This document shows, one piece after another, positions 36,991-49,464 of a stretch of DNA of 50,000 nt. Position 1 is the stretch's first letter. Each line of letters opens with the position of its first letter. The notes under the pieces are model-generated. The model was not told the DNA's origin, ran no database searches, and saw only the letters and a program-made list of their open reading frames with translations. Source of the stretch: Chiloscyllium plagiosum (Eukaryota); NCBI RefSeq assembly GCF_004010195.1, contig NW_025214745.1, forward strand, positions 1-50,000, written 5' to 3'. The translations under genes were made by a program, and so were the position numbers.

Positions 36991-38784
36991 AGAGCCACAT
37001 GATTAGAGGTTCAGGAAAGTCAGAAGGTCAGAATTGTGGGATGACATTACTGTCAGAAAGTAAGTACTGAAGGCACGCACATGACCAATACTGAGACAGT
37101 GCTTCATTGTGAGAGTTCCCAAATTGTGGAAGTGCAAAACGATGCGAGATTCAGTATTAAGGTATGAAGCACAATCAGATTGTCAGTCCCATAAAGTGAC
37201 CTCTGAAAATGAGATATTGCAACTGAACTGACACAATGACTTATGCAAATTCATAGAACAAATTATCCAAATGTGTGGCAATCCCTCAGAACTAATCCTG
37301 TGATAATGTCGTCCTCCCTAAGTACTGAGTCCCAGGCAATGAGGGACTCCATCCAGACTGAGGCGAAAGCAACCAGACCCTCCTGTCGCACACCTCAGCT
37401 GTCAACAATGAGGCGCTCAATCAGTATTGAACCGCCCCCGACATCATGAGGCTCTCCCTTAGTACTGACCGTCTGACAATAGCGTGCTTCCTCAGTGTGA
37501 CCCTCTAAAAATGGGCACTTATTCAGATCTGAACCTGAATATGTGGCACATCCTTGATTTTGACCCATTCCAATGATGCACTGTCTCAGAATTGTCCCTC
37601 TCGCAAGTGACGAATACCTCAATCCTGAAGCTCTGAAATGAATCCCTCTCTCAGGATGTTCTGGAAGTGCAGCGCTTGCTGAGTTATGGGCACTTCACAG
37701 CACTTCACTAACTCAGGGCAATGAGGCACTGTTTCAGTATTGTCTGTCTGCGAATGAGGCAGTCCTTCAAACTTACACTTTCAAACTGCTGATATATCTA
37801 ATTGTGGACCTTGTAATCAATATCACTCTTGAAATTCTATCTCCTTTGTAATGACACACTGCCTCAGTATCGACTGTCAGGCAATAATGCACTCCCAAAG
37901 TTCTGAAAGTCTAACAGTGCTGCAAAACCTCAGGACTGATCCACTGATCGAGCTGGAATGCCTCAATACTGCCTGAGCATTGACCTTCGAACAATAATGC
38001 ACTCCAATAGTTTAAGCATGTGCAGTCCTGCAACACATTATTACCTACCCTCTGTTGGTGCTGCAATACCTGAGCAGTGACCCATTGAACTTTAGATCTG
38101 ACCCACCGACAAAATGCCATTCGATCAGTATTGTCCCTCTGATGCTGTAGACTTTCCTCAGTATTGGCACTTTGATAATGACGGCCTTCCTCAGTAGACT
38201 GTCTGACAGTTCCACGCTGCTGCAGTATTTACCCTATAAAGGTGTGACACGACTACACTCCTGACCAAATTAAAATGAGGCATCGGTTTAGTTTGGTACT
38301 CTGATAATGGTACACTCCCTCTTTGCTGAAGACTCTCCCTCAGAATAACGGAGCAATTGCTCAAGACTGATCTTCCAGCAATGACTACTGCCTCAGCACT
38401 GACCCTCTGACAATGACACACAACCCCACTTCTGAACCCACACACAGAGGCCTTTCATCAAATCGAGCCAGTGACAATGATGCATTCCCTCAGTTCTGAT
38501 TCTGTGGCAGCACTGCAATACCTCAGTGCTGAGCCTTTAAATGAGCATCACTCCCTAAATTCTGACCCCAATACAATGAGGCACTACCTCAGAAGAGACG
38601 TGTTAAGAATGAACACACCCCCAGGATTAAATGTCTAATTACAAGGCGTTCATTTTGTACATAACTCCTGATAGAACCGCAATACTGTACTACTGACCAT
38701 ATAATGTTGCTGCATAATTTCAGTTCTGACTCCAATATACAATGAGGCACCGGGTCAATACACTCAGAGCTGACAAAGATCAGC

Positions 38785-39082
38785 CCAGTGACCCAGCGTT
38801 TAGCACTTCTGTCTCATAGCAAAAGGAATCCGCGTTCGATTCCAGCACCAGGCGATTGTCTGTGTGGAACTGCACATTCTGCCCGTGTCTGCGTGGGTTT
38901 ATTCCCCGAAAGATGTGCAGGCTCGATGAATTGACCCTGCAAAATTGTCTCAACTGTAGGCTATTAGTCAGAGATAAATTTAGCTAATGGGAATTTGGCT
39001 GTTTGGCTTTCTCTTCAGAGGGTCGGCATGGAATTGGTGGGCTGAAGGAGCGGTTTCCACGCTGTAGGGATTCTAATTCTAA
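38785..39082 (+). mobile_element. Older degenerate tRNA-derived SINE
   Basis: GTTTAGCACTTCTGTCTCA, GTTCGATTCC, CACATTCTGCCCGTGTCTGCGTGGGTTT, tail ATTCTAATTCTAA. Confidence 0.8.
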
Positions 39083-39242
39083 TGTGGCACTCACTGAAAT
39101 CTGACCGTCATAAGATGATCATTGTCTGAGTATTTACCCTCTGCCAGTGATGCCGTCCCTCAGTGCTGAAACTCTGCCAAAGAGGCACCACCTGAGGACC
39201 GGCCTTCGACGTTGCTCCAAGACCTTTGAACCGACCCACTTT

Positions 39243-39590
39243 TAGAGTTATGACTGGCACAAGCGGCGATTGGTGTGGGAGTAGAGGGCCAGTCATCTCA
39301 GCGCCAGGACATCTTTGCAGACACCCTTCAGGGTAGTGTCGTCAGCCCAACATTCTTCAGCTGCTTCATCAATGACCTTCCCTCTGCCATCCAGTCAGAA
39401 GTGGGGATGTTGAACAATGATTGCACAATGTTCAGTATCATTTGCGACTCCTCAGATATTGATGCACTCTGTTTTCAAATGCATTAAGATCTGGACAACA
39501 TGCAGACTTGGGTCGACGAGGTGCAATTAGTATTTTGGCCACACAAATACCACAAAATGACATAACCGGTAAGAGACCCTCTAACCACTG
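39243..39590 (+). mobile_element. LINE RT fragment (CR1 group)
   Basis: LQGSVVSPTFFSCFINDLPSAIQSEVGMLNNDCTMF. Confidence 0.75.
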
Positions 39591-39609
39591 CCCCTTTTGT
39601 TTGTTTATT

Positions 39610-40618
39610 CTGGATCACGTTGACACGAGGAGGGACGTTATGTTCGGTAGGCTAAAAGAGATTAAGATGGACAAATTCCCCAGAACAGATGGGATCCAAC
39701 CCAGGTTACTGAGAGAGGCGAGGGAGAGAAAATACCTGGGGCTGTGACAGATATCTGTGCAGCATACTGAAACACAGGTGAAGTACTGGAGGATTGGAGG
39801 CTTGTTTATGTTGCCCTCCTGCACAAGAGGGGTAGAAGTGATAATACTGGACTGTACAGACCAGTGATGCTGATGTCAGTGGTGGGAAAGTTGCTGGACA
39901 AGGTACTGAGGGTCAAAATATATCTTTATTGGAAAAAGAATGGGCTTATCAATGATAGGCAACATTGTTTTATACGGGGGAGATCGTTTCTTAACAACTT
40001 AGTAGAGTTCTTTGACAAAGTGACTGACTTGACAGATGAGCGAAGGGCTGTAGGTGTCATATGCATGGACTTTATTAAGGCATTCAATAAGCTTCCCCAG
40101 GGTAAAATAATGGAGATAGTGAAGTCACGGGGTATGAACGGTGTTCTAGCTAGGCTGATAAAGAACAGATTGAGCAGCAGAAGACAAAGAGTCGTAGGTG
40201 AAGGGAGTTTCTCAAATTGAAGAAACCTGACCACTGGTGTTCCACAGGGATCAGTACTGGGGCCACTGTTGTTTGAGATATCCATAAATGATCTGGAAGA
40301 GAGCATTGTTGGCCTGATCCGTAAGTTTGCAGATGACACGAAGATTAGTGGATTAGCAGAAAGCATAGCGAATTGCTAAAGGATACAGGAGAATATGGAT
40401 AAACTGAAGAGTCGGGCGGACAAGTGGCAGGTGGAGTACAATCCAGGCAAATGTGAGGTGATGCATTCTGGGAATTTTACTTCTAAAGTGAACTGTACTG
40501 TAATATGTTGAGCCTTCGGAAATGTTGAGAGAGTTCTGGTAGTTCTGGTCCATGTTACCTTGAACGTGACTGCACAGGTAGATAGATCTTTCAAGAAAAC
40601 ATATGGCATGCTTGCCTA
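39610..40618 (+). mobile_element. CR1 LINE RT fragment
   Basis: SVVGKLL, CMDFIKAFNKLP, GVPQGSVLGPLLF, FADDTK. Confidence 0.9.
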
Positions 40619-41429
40619 AGACCCTATAGATACCACCTCGCGGGAAGCGATGCCTTGAACAGATAATGCAGAATAAATAAGGGAAAGTTTTTTTTTTACT
40701 AAAAGCGCTGGTAGTCCTGTTTCGAAAGCGGGCAGGTTGGTAGTGGATGATGAAAAGTAAAATAGTAGAGAATAGTCATACAGTTAAATTGTTACTAGAC
40801 TGTTGAATGTTTTAGACCAGTCCTGCATGATAACGAGACTGTACTTTCGGAAATGAACAAAGGATATGTTGAACGAAGACTCTGACTGAGAGAGAAAGAG
40901 AGACTTTTACGGCTGAGCTCTTGGCTGTTCGCAGCAATGATCGGAATGATAGAGAGAGGGAGAGTGATAGCAGCTGTAATTTTCAGAACGTTTCTGTGCG
41001 TGTGAGAGAGAGCCTGTATAGTTCAATCATCGTGGTCTGTTTTGTATGCATAATTATGTGTTGGTAGTTAAATGTTTGTGTTTTGTTTCCCTGGAGCTCG
41101 AGATCCAGAGTTATTTTGATTTTATTTTGCATTGTGAGAATTTAAGATAGAATTTTTTTAAGAGACAGAGTTTTCAAGAAACTGTTAGTGATTGGTGCAT
41201 TCGGCAGATGCAGTGTTAGACTGCTTGAGGGTGAACAAACGAGAATAGGATTTCTGTATTAACAAGCTGCAGGAGAAGACGTTTAGGAATTGATATATTG
41301 GCAAGGCACAATTCTAAGTTAAAATGTTAGGGATTGCTTATAGTGTTGACGAAGTCGTACCAGACCTGAATGGCATGAGGAGGTGATTTGTGAGAGCAGA
41401 GATAATACATTAGCTAGACTGAAATATAT

Positions 41430-44211
41430 GTTAGTTTGGATAAAGGGACTGCAGTTGAGATACTGAGCAAGATACTTTCAGCAGCACGAAAATGATATTG
41501 TAAGAATTTTTGAGAAAAGGGAAGAAAGAACTGTGGATTTATTGACTAAATGACCAAAAGAATGTACCTTCGATATACGTTTGTGCAATGAGATGGGAGG
41601 GCTAATTAAGACCTACAAGCCGAAAGGTAAATCTAAAAATAGGAACCAAAAGAGTGTTCAGGAGATGGAAATACTGAAAATGTTCAGGAAGGAGGGCGAT
41701 GAATTCAATGTAGCTTGTCAGTCACCCGTGGTGACTAGCAAAGCTGCAAAAAGAACAAGCTGAGCAGTTACAGGAAACAGTAAAGCAGCAATCAGTCCCA
41801 CTTTATACCCCGATGTGGAGGATTTCAATAGACCTCCTCCCTACTCGAATGAAGAGGCATTGAAGCAGTGTCAACTAATAAAGGGAACAGTAGAAACAGA
41901 GGGACAGGTAGAATGGGACGGAAGTGCGGAAGACAAAAATGAACTGAGGGAAAGAAGAGAAAGAGCGAAAAGGTACAGGCAGTGGCAAACAGAAGCTAGA
42001 CAACGAGAGAAAGAAAAGCTGAAACATGAGATTAGTGTGCTGCGTGGGCTCAGAGAACAAAACGCAATTGAGGAATACTCATGGCGATATGAAAAGGGGC
42101 TGAAGAGAAAAGAATTGAAGATGATGCAGAGGAAGCAGAAAGCGATGATGAGAGACAAGGAAGAAAACGCCCCAGTTCCGAAAGAATGGGAGGAATTGGA
42201 AGTAGCTTCGGCCTCAGAGCCCGAGGGGCAATTATTGAGAAGTAGTACAGGTAAAGGGAAAAAAGGGCCAACAGGGAAGGATGCTACAATTCCTTATAAA
42301 AGAGTGGAGAAACCGACAATGCATTCGTTGGGGAAATCAGAATCTGGAACGGCTGACGAATGTTCTGCCCAGTTTACACGTGGGAGCAGGAAAGTGGTTC
42401 GGGGCTTTTGAAGATGAAACCACAGGGCGATTGCTGGCTACAGGAGACTTGAAGGCACTGCTGGTGAATTTGGTAGGTCTCCCGAACTTAAAGGAAATAA
42501 TAGTCTGAGCCCGTTTGAAGAAAGCGGCAGGTAATTTATTGATAGATGGGGTCGTGATTGATCGAGTGAGACAGAATGTTTGGCAGGCCTTAAGAGACTG
42601 TTCTCCACTTAAGACGGATTGCCAGGCTTTGAGAGGGGATCCACTGGTAGAAAGGGAAAACACGATTGCTGACATTGAGAAGCAAATAATAACGTGCAGG
42701 CTGGAAACAGAGTCAGGCATAGAAACTAATCAGTTGCTGACCACAATGCTCCAGACTTATACATATAATAGTAAGGTCTTCGGGAGGTTTGCTGAACAAA
42801 GAGACCTTGGACTGCAGGTTCATAGCTCCTTGAAAGTGAAGTCGCAGGTAGATAGGATAGTGAAGAAGGCGTTTGGTATTCTTCCCTTTATTGGTCAGAG
42901 TATTGTGTACAGATTTTGGGAGGTCATGTTGCGGTTGTACAGGACATTGGTTAGGCCACAGTTGGAATATTGCCCGCAATTCTCGTCTCCTTTCTATCGG
43001 AAAGATTGTGTGAAACGTGAAAGGGTCATAAGAGATTTACGAGGATGTTGCCAAGGTTGGAGTATATGAGCTATAGGGAGAGGTTGAACAGCCTGGGACT
43101 GTTTTCCCTGGAGTGTCGGAGGCTGAGGGATGACCTTGCAGAGGTTTACAAAATTATGAGGGGCATGGATAGGTTAAACAGACGAAGTCTTTTCCCTGGG
43201 GTCGGGGAGTCCAGACCAGAGGGTATAGGTTCAGGGTGAGAGGGGAAAGATATAAAAGAGACCTATTGATCAACTTGTTCACACAGAGGGAGGTACGTGT
43301 ATGGAATGAGCTGCCAGAGGGTGTGGTGCAGGCTGGTACAATTGCAACATTTAAGAGGCATTTGGATGTGGATGTGAATAAGAAGGGTTTGGAGGGATAT
43401 GGGGCGGGTGGTGGCAAGTGGAAAAAGATTGTGTTGGGATATCTGGTCGGCATAGACGGGTTGAACCGAAGGGTCTGTTTCCATGCTGTCCATCTCTCTG
43501 ACTCTATGACTCTAAATTCTATCATTGAGGCAATGCCCTCCCAATTCAGGTCAAGACTGCAGGAAGTGGTGGCTCTGACATCATCAATGAGCCATCAGGA
43601 AGTTAGAAGTCATGTAGCTCATGCAGTTGAATGGTTTCGAAAAAAACAAAGACAACCCCTCTGAATGGCAGTAGGAGGTGCAAGTGAAGCAGGCGCAAAG
43701 CAGCTCGAAGTGCTTAAAAAGAAAGAAAAAGAGAAGGCTAAAAAGGTGCTGCCAGTAAGAACCGAAACAGTAATCAACACTGGTGTGAAGCAGGTGCCCA
43801 CGCAACGGGTGTCCTGTCAAGTAGCCAGACAGGGGCCAGAAAGTCATATGCCAGGAATGGACGTTTTTAGGGAAGCTTTTCCGCAGGTGATGTATCCAGG
43901 GCAGGGCAGATCTAAACAACAACTGAATCAGAACTGCGATCTCCAAGGTTAGAGACGTTTGAATGGAGGACGTAGGTGCACGATAAATAATCAGGCTCAA
44001 GGTGTGTGGGGTGGTGGGGAGCGGGCGAGGGTGTTCGGCAAAAATGATGTGCTGAGGAGGCCTTCAACCGGGCGACTTTAGCAGGAATTGCCCTTATTGG
44101 GCAAGGCCCTCTCTGCCCGACAGCGGGCCTAGACGGCGGGAATCTCCAGTGCCTACTTCCCAGATGCCTGAAAGACCAGCTGAACCTATTAACCCACACG
44201 GGATGTGCTAG
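41430..44211 (+). pseudogene. gag: ERV gag
   Basis: *PKECTFD (WPxxGTF matrix-like, about 41551), LYP and PPPY late-domain-like motifs (about 41800-41845), decayed zinc knuckle C*GGLQPGDFSRNC (44050), ending at TAG 44209-44211. Start approximate. Confidence 0.75.
42752..43513 (+). mobile_element. 5'-truncated CR1 LINE inserted in gag
   Basis: EQRDLGLQVHSSLKV...LVRPQLEYC...RRLRDDL, tail CTCTGACTCTATGACTCTA; gag reads LLTTML before and NSIIEAMP after. Confidence 0.92.
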
Positions 44212-47200
44212 GGATGCCCTGAAATCCTGGATGGAAAGGGGCGCTACTGGGCAGGAGCATGGGAGGCTGATCAAGAACCAGTAATTCAGGTTAATATGCA
44301 AGGGCGGCAGACGCCGGTCATGATAGATACTGGAGCTACGTGCAGTTGTGTCCAGCCACTATCTGCCTCTTACCTTCCCATGTCAAGTAAATTTGTTTCA
44401 ACAATAGGGTTCTCAGCGAAATTACAGTTAACTCGATTTACAGCTCCAGTAGGATTAGACATGCAACGTAGGGAGATCGTTTGCCAATGTTAGTGTGTAA
44501 AGATGCAACAACTAACTTGTTAGGTAGGGTTGCTTTACTACAGTTAAAAGTAAGATTGGAATGCAAACAGCAAGGCTTGGCCGTAGAAAAGGCCAATACA
44601 CAATCAGTGATGCAAGAAGTAAAATATGTTTATGTTTATTGGATCGGGGATATCGCAAGTGATACTCAACACATTTGGTGAATGTGGGAAGCAGAAGTAT
44701 TGACGATGTTGACTCATGCAAGACAACTCAACTCTGAGCTACACTTTACAGTGATATTTGATGAGTCTCAGAATGAAGTGATAGATAGTCAGTGGCAGTG
44801 GGAGGTCACCACTCCACAACATTTGAGAAGTGAAGCAATTGTATTAGGGGAGCAGGGAGTGATTCTGCAAATAGAGAGAAATGCTTTCCTGGAAAAGTGG
44901 TATGGCCCGTGCCAGGCGCCGCACCGCATGTAACCTTACTGGTGAATAAGGGATATCAATCTAAAGACTTCAGATCTATAGCCAGGGATGTAGAAACAGT
45001 TAAGGAATGGCATATTGTCACGATAGGGATTTGGGATACCGGGAATAGCAGCTATATTAACATCCTCGCATGCTGCAACCTGACAGGGAATCCGAAGGAA
45101 GTCACAATAACACCCCAGCGGAGCGTGCCAGTGACAGCGGAGGAAGATGATTAATATGGTAATGAGTAATAGGAAATATTTCTTGCCACTTTGTGAGAAT
45201 GAAATCAGCTAGCCCAGTGGAAATAGGTTGAAAATAGGAGCTATTCTGCCTAGGAGACCGCAGTATCCTTTAAAACCAGAGGCAGCAGAGAGAATGCCAA
45301 CAACAGTATAAAGATTGCTGAAGGCATGGGTACTTAGAAAATTGTAGTACCTGCATATTCCTTTGTTACCAGTTTTAATGGCAGACTGGTCTAAATGGAA
45401 ACTTGTACATGATTTAAGAGCAGTAAATGAGGTAGTGGAGGATTGTCCACCAGTTGTTCCGAATCCGCACACCCTGCTAACTAATGTTCCCCCACAGGCA
45501 GCTTGGTTCTCGGTAGTATATTTATGTCCTGCTTTTATTTAGCATTCCCCTAGCACAGCTCAGTCGGCATCTGTTTGCTTTTGCATAAAAAGGTCGGCAT
45601 TACACTTATACAATAATGCCCCAGGGTTTTAACCGTACACCGCAAGTATTCAACAAAGGTAAAAATCAGAGTAGAAAGTATGTTGATACACTATGTTGAT
45701 GATTTGCTTGACTGTTCAGATAGTCAGGAACAGTGTGAGCGAGATACCCTTTTAATCTTGAAAAAAAAAACTGTCGGCGGGTGGGGGGGTGGTGGGCGGG
45801 GGGAGGGTGCATAAGGTCTCGATGAAAAAACCTGCAGATTTTGAAAAGAACAATTCGAGTATTTCGGGAGGCCGGTTGCGAAGGGCACAAAGGCAATTGC
45901 AACAAGTCATATTGAAGCAAATGTTAAAATTCCTGGGCCAGAGACAGGACGGCAAACGATAACATTTCTGGGCATGACAGGATTTAGCTCAGATTGGATT
46001 GAGGAGTATGCTGAGATTACAGAACCCTTAAGGAATAGGATGCCGGAGGTCGGACATTCATGTTTACGGGATGCTTTGCAGTGGAATGAAGATTCAATGA
46101 CATTTTTCAATATCCTTAAACGTTTTCACCTTTATGCGTCAAACAGGTGAACTTATGCAGGAGGCGTGTCAGGCAGGACCAGACCCAGTATAGGACAATC
46201 GAATTGGAATCTTGCTCACAGCCGTGTTCAGCTCAGTTGAGTGAAGGTAAGGCATTGATGGCGGCCTGTGAAAGCTGACAGTTATACTGATTCGGCTTAT
46301 GCACATGGTGTATGCCACCTATTTTTGGCAGTGAGGACGCAAGGAGGCTTTAAGACGAAAAACAGGGATCCCATACAACACTGCCAGCAGTTTCTAGAGT
46401 TGACGACGGCAATGATGAAGCTAAAGGCATGAGCTACCATTAAGTGCTAAACAAACAGAAAAGTAGTGATATGGTGAATATGGGTCATCAGACAGCGGAT
46501 GAAGTGGGTAAGTTAGCTTCGAGTAGTTCTTCATCTATTATTGCGCCTCAGATGTAGATCGACCCAGAAGCGACGACAAATGACCTTATTGAAATACAGA
46601 GGAGGGCTACCCTGGCTGAGCAAACCCTATGGAAGCAGAGGCGTGTAAGGCAGAATCAAGAAGGTTTATGGACAACAGAGGAAGGTTTATTGGAAGCGCC
46701 CACATCTTTGTTGACAATTCTTACATCAAAGGCGCATGGATTAGATCTCTTCGCACGAGGGGAAGTGCTGAGAAAGATAAAGCGCAATGGTTTCTGCCTA
46801 CTATACCTGCAGGTTCCAGTGGACGACGTATTGCCACAATATGATGTGTGTGAACACAGAACAATATTAGGAAGGGGAGAACGACACCTTTAGGAAAAAT
46901 ACCAGTGTCTGAATGGCCATTTAAGCATTCAGTAATTGACTGCGTGGACATGATAAAGAGGTTGAGGGTGAAAAGGTTCATGTTCGTGGCAAATGATAGG
47001 CTTAGCAGATGGGTAGACGCTGTCTCTTCCAAAATGCAGGAGCTGCGACAGTATTGAAATTTCTGACGAATGAATTTATCCCAAAGTTTAGTATACCGTC
47101 CGAAAACAGTTCCGAAAATGGGTCTGCCTTCATTCACAAAGTAGGTAAGCTGGTATTGCAGTCTTTGAGAATCAAGAAGAGGTTTGGGTGCTTGTATCAC

Positions 47201-47690
47201 CCACAGCCACACGGAGTGGTGGAAATAATTAATGGGATATTGAAAGCCTAATTAAATGAGATCTGCGCAAGCACCAAGCTTAATTGAGTTGATTGAATGC
47301 TTCTGGTGCTAATGATTTATCGCAAGCAGACTAATCACGTGACCAATGTAATACCACATAAGATGCTCACAGGTAGGACTATGTCAGTGCCCAAGTGGAG
47401 AGGCCACTACAAAGGGCCTAGTTTGGAGCAGATAAGCTTAGAACTTAAGCACGAAATGCAGTAGCTAACTGTATACATGAGACTAACCATATTCAGGAAA
47501 CACAAATGGAACAAGGACCTCTCAACAAGGAAAACTCTATTAGCCCGGGGACTGGGTGTAAGTGCGGGTTTTGCAAAGATGCTTGAATTAGCCGAGGAGA
47601 CAGTGACATTTCATGCTGACTAAGACATCACCTACCCCCATCCAAGTGGAAGGACGACACACATGAAACCAACTTAATCATTGTACTCAA
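44212..47690 (+). pseudogene. pol: ERV pro-pol (protease, putative 2H domain, RT, partial RNase H, integrase)
   Basis: MIDTGATCS (protease); QYPLKPEA, LVHDLRAVN, VPNPHTLL, MPQGF, YVDD at 45692-45703 (RT); YTDSAYAHG (RNase H, about 46284); IDCVDM, SENGSAF, YHPQPHGVVEIINGILK (integrase). Many stops, frameshifts and deletions. Confidence 0.9.
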
Positions 47691-47799
47691 GCTCTCCCAT
47701 CAGCACAAGCTAACTATACCACTGAGGTAACTGGTGCTGCAGCTGAGGAACGTGGACACGGGCAGAGCACACAGGAGGCTCCTACATCTCAGCAGGGTT

Positions 47800-49330
47800 C
47801 CAGGCAAGGTGCACATGAAGTTCTTGGGTATACTGATCATTCCACAAATGATAGCGATGGCGATGTGGAGCATAGCTCGTCTCCTGGCAGCTGAGATGGG
47901 GAAAAGATGAGGGACGACCTAATAACCCCCTCTCTGATACAAGGCTTGCACACTCAAAATTGGAAACCATTAACTTGTCAAACCTCGACTGGAATGCCAG
48001 GGTCACTCAGGCTGGGAGACAAAGACGTATTAGAAGTGCAGATCTTGTTGCACTAATATGTGTACATGCCCGTGAAAGTCACTGGTATCAATGGACAAAC
48101 GTCACGGCCTTAATTTTGGCTGGACAGGACTGTTTCTTGTGTACTAATGCGACCCCCTCGGACTATGTTGTCCGTATGCCCTATACCTCGACCACCTGTA
48201 CTTAATGGCATTTGCATTGACGAACTCTTAACCTGGATGATTCATCAACTTACATGCAATCCCATTGCCCCTTTTGGTGCCTCCTAATACAGGCCTCGAC
48301 GATGTTGTGGGCAGGCAGCAACTCCAACGATGGTGTAGCTATAGTACGCCGGGGTCCAACAGTAAGACTAATTACACGTTCCCCATGGCTGCTTTCAGGA
48401 CATGGGAACGGTTGAGATTTCAGTGCTTCAATAAAAATTGTTCGACACCAGTCGGCTATTTTAGGTCTTTGAGAGACTATGATTGATCTCGAGGTGGACA
48501 CCACATTTGGGACTCTCATAAATTCAAAATGCATCCAACTAGCAGATACTTGGTTGCTGTGTGGTAAGAAATGAAGTGGCAGCTGTGCCCAGGAAATGCT
48601 CCTACACTACGTAGTTATATCACAACACGCACAGTTTGACTCTACGTCACAGTCAGATTTGTGCTGAACTATGTGAAGGTGTCTCCCTGATTCAACGACT
48701 CGGATTGATAGCATGGGACCGCCAAGAGGTATTCCTAATGAATTTAAGGCCTTCAATGAGATTGCAGCAGGATGAGAGGCTCTTATCACAGTTAAATGGG
48801 TTAGGAAGAATGCAGAATGGATTAATTATATTTATTACAATCAGCAGAGATTTATCAATTATACTGACAGTGCCGCGGTGGCCTTGGCAGAACAAATTGG
48901 TTGCCACTACCAAAATGACACGGCAAAACAGACAGGCTTGACATTGGATACTGATGGAAAAAGGCCGGGTTAGTGTCATGTTTGGGGAGTATTGCTGTAC
49001 CTTTATACATAGCAACACTAGCCCTGGGCGACATTTACTAAATCAAGCAAAACTAAACAATCTAAGACAGGACGTAAAAGATAACGTGGGGTTTTGGTCA
49101 GCAGGCATTTGTTTGGTTGAATAATGTATTAGGACCTCGGGGAGTAGGATTTGTCAAGATTGATGTTATTATAGGTGCGGTTTTACTTGTTGTCATCTTC
49201 GTCTTTTGTTGTGGCTTACCTCTTATTAAGTCTTCTTTTAGATTGCATCACTACACAGAAAGTTGTGCTCATTTTAGTTACCCCAGAAGTACTTCCTATT
49301 CTGATAGAGCCCCACTGCTCCGCTATTATG
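47800..49330 (+). pseudogene. env: ERV env (gamma-type)
   Basis: WYQWTNVTA...DCFLC (CxxC), WLLCG, IDSMGPPRGIPNEFKAFNEIAAG, WINYIYYNQQRFINYT, immunosuppressive-like QNRQA*HWILMEKG, SVMFGEYCC (decayed CX6CC), TM VIIGAVLLVVIFVFCC. Confidence 0.88.
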
Positions 49331-49464
49331 ATCTGACAACTGCCACGGTGCAACGAATATGTCCACGAGGGGCCATGGATGACACTGCTGAAAATTGTGT
49401 GGGTCCGAGATTGTGAAGAATCTTGGGATTTTAATTTTCTATTCTGGTAAATGGGGGAAAGGTT

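Larger units (their letters stand above)
35560..39200. repeat. Degenerate 33-bp satellite (CCTCAGTACTGACCCTCTGACAGTGCAGCACTC-like) in both orientations
   Basis: 33-bp period at 37457/37490; forward about 37280-39200, reverse about 35710-36450 and 37000-37150. Confidence 0.75.
40620..49460 (+). mobile_element. Endogenous retrovirus (class I, epsilon-like) internal region, decayed; LTRs not recognised
   Basis: Colinear gag, pro, RT, RNase H, IN, env motifs and a polypurine tract (see sub-features). Confidence 0.9.

Noticed and set aside
40660..40760. 5' LTR end (AATAAA) and primer-binding site (TGGTAGTCC.. / TGGTAGTGG..)
   Set aside because: No convincing 18-nt tRNA 3' complement, no CA before TGG, and no second LTR to compare.
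42515..43664. Gag-LINE fusion proteins (ORFs 42515-43069 and 43236-43664)
   Set aside because: Chance in-frame junctions of a CR1 inserted into an already disrupted gag.
47800..49330. Domesticated syncytin-like env
   Set aside because: Multiple stops and frameshifts, including in the immunosuppressive domain.
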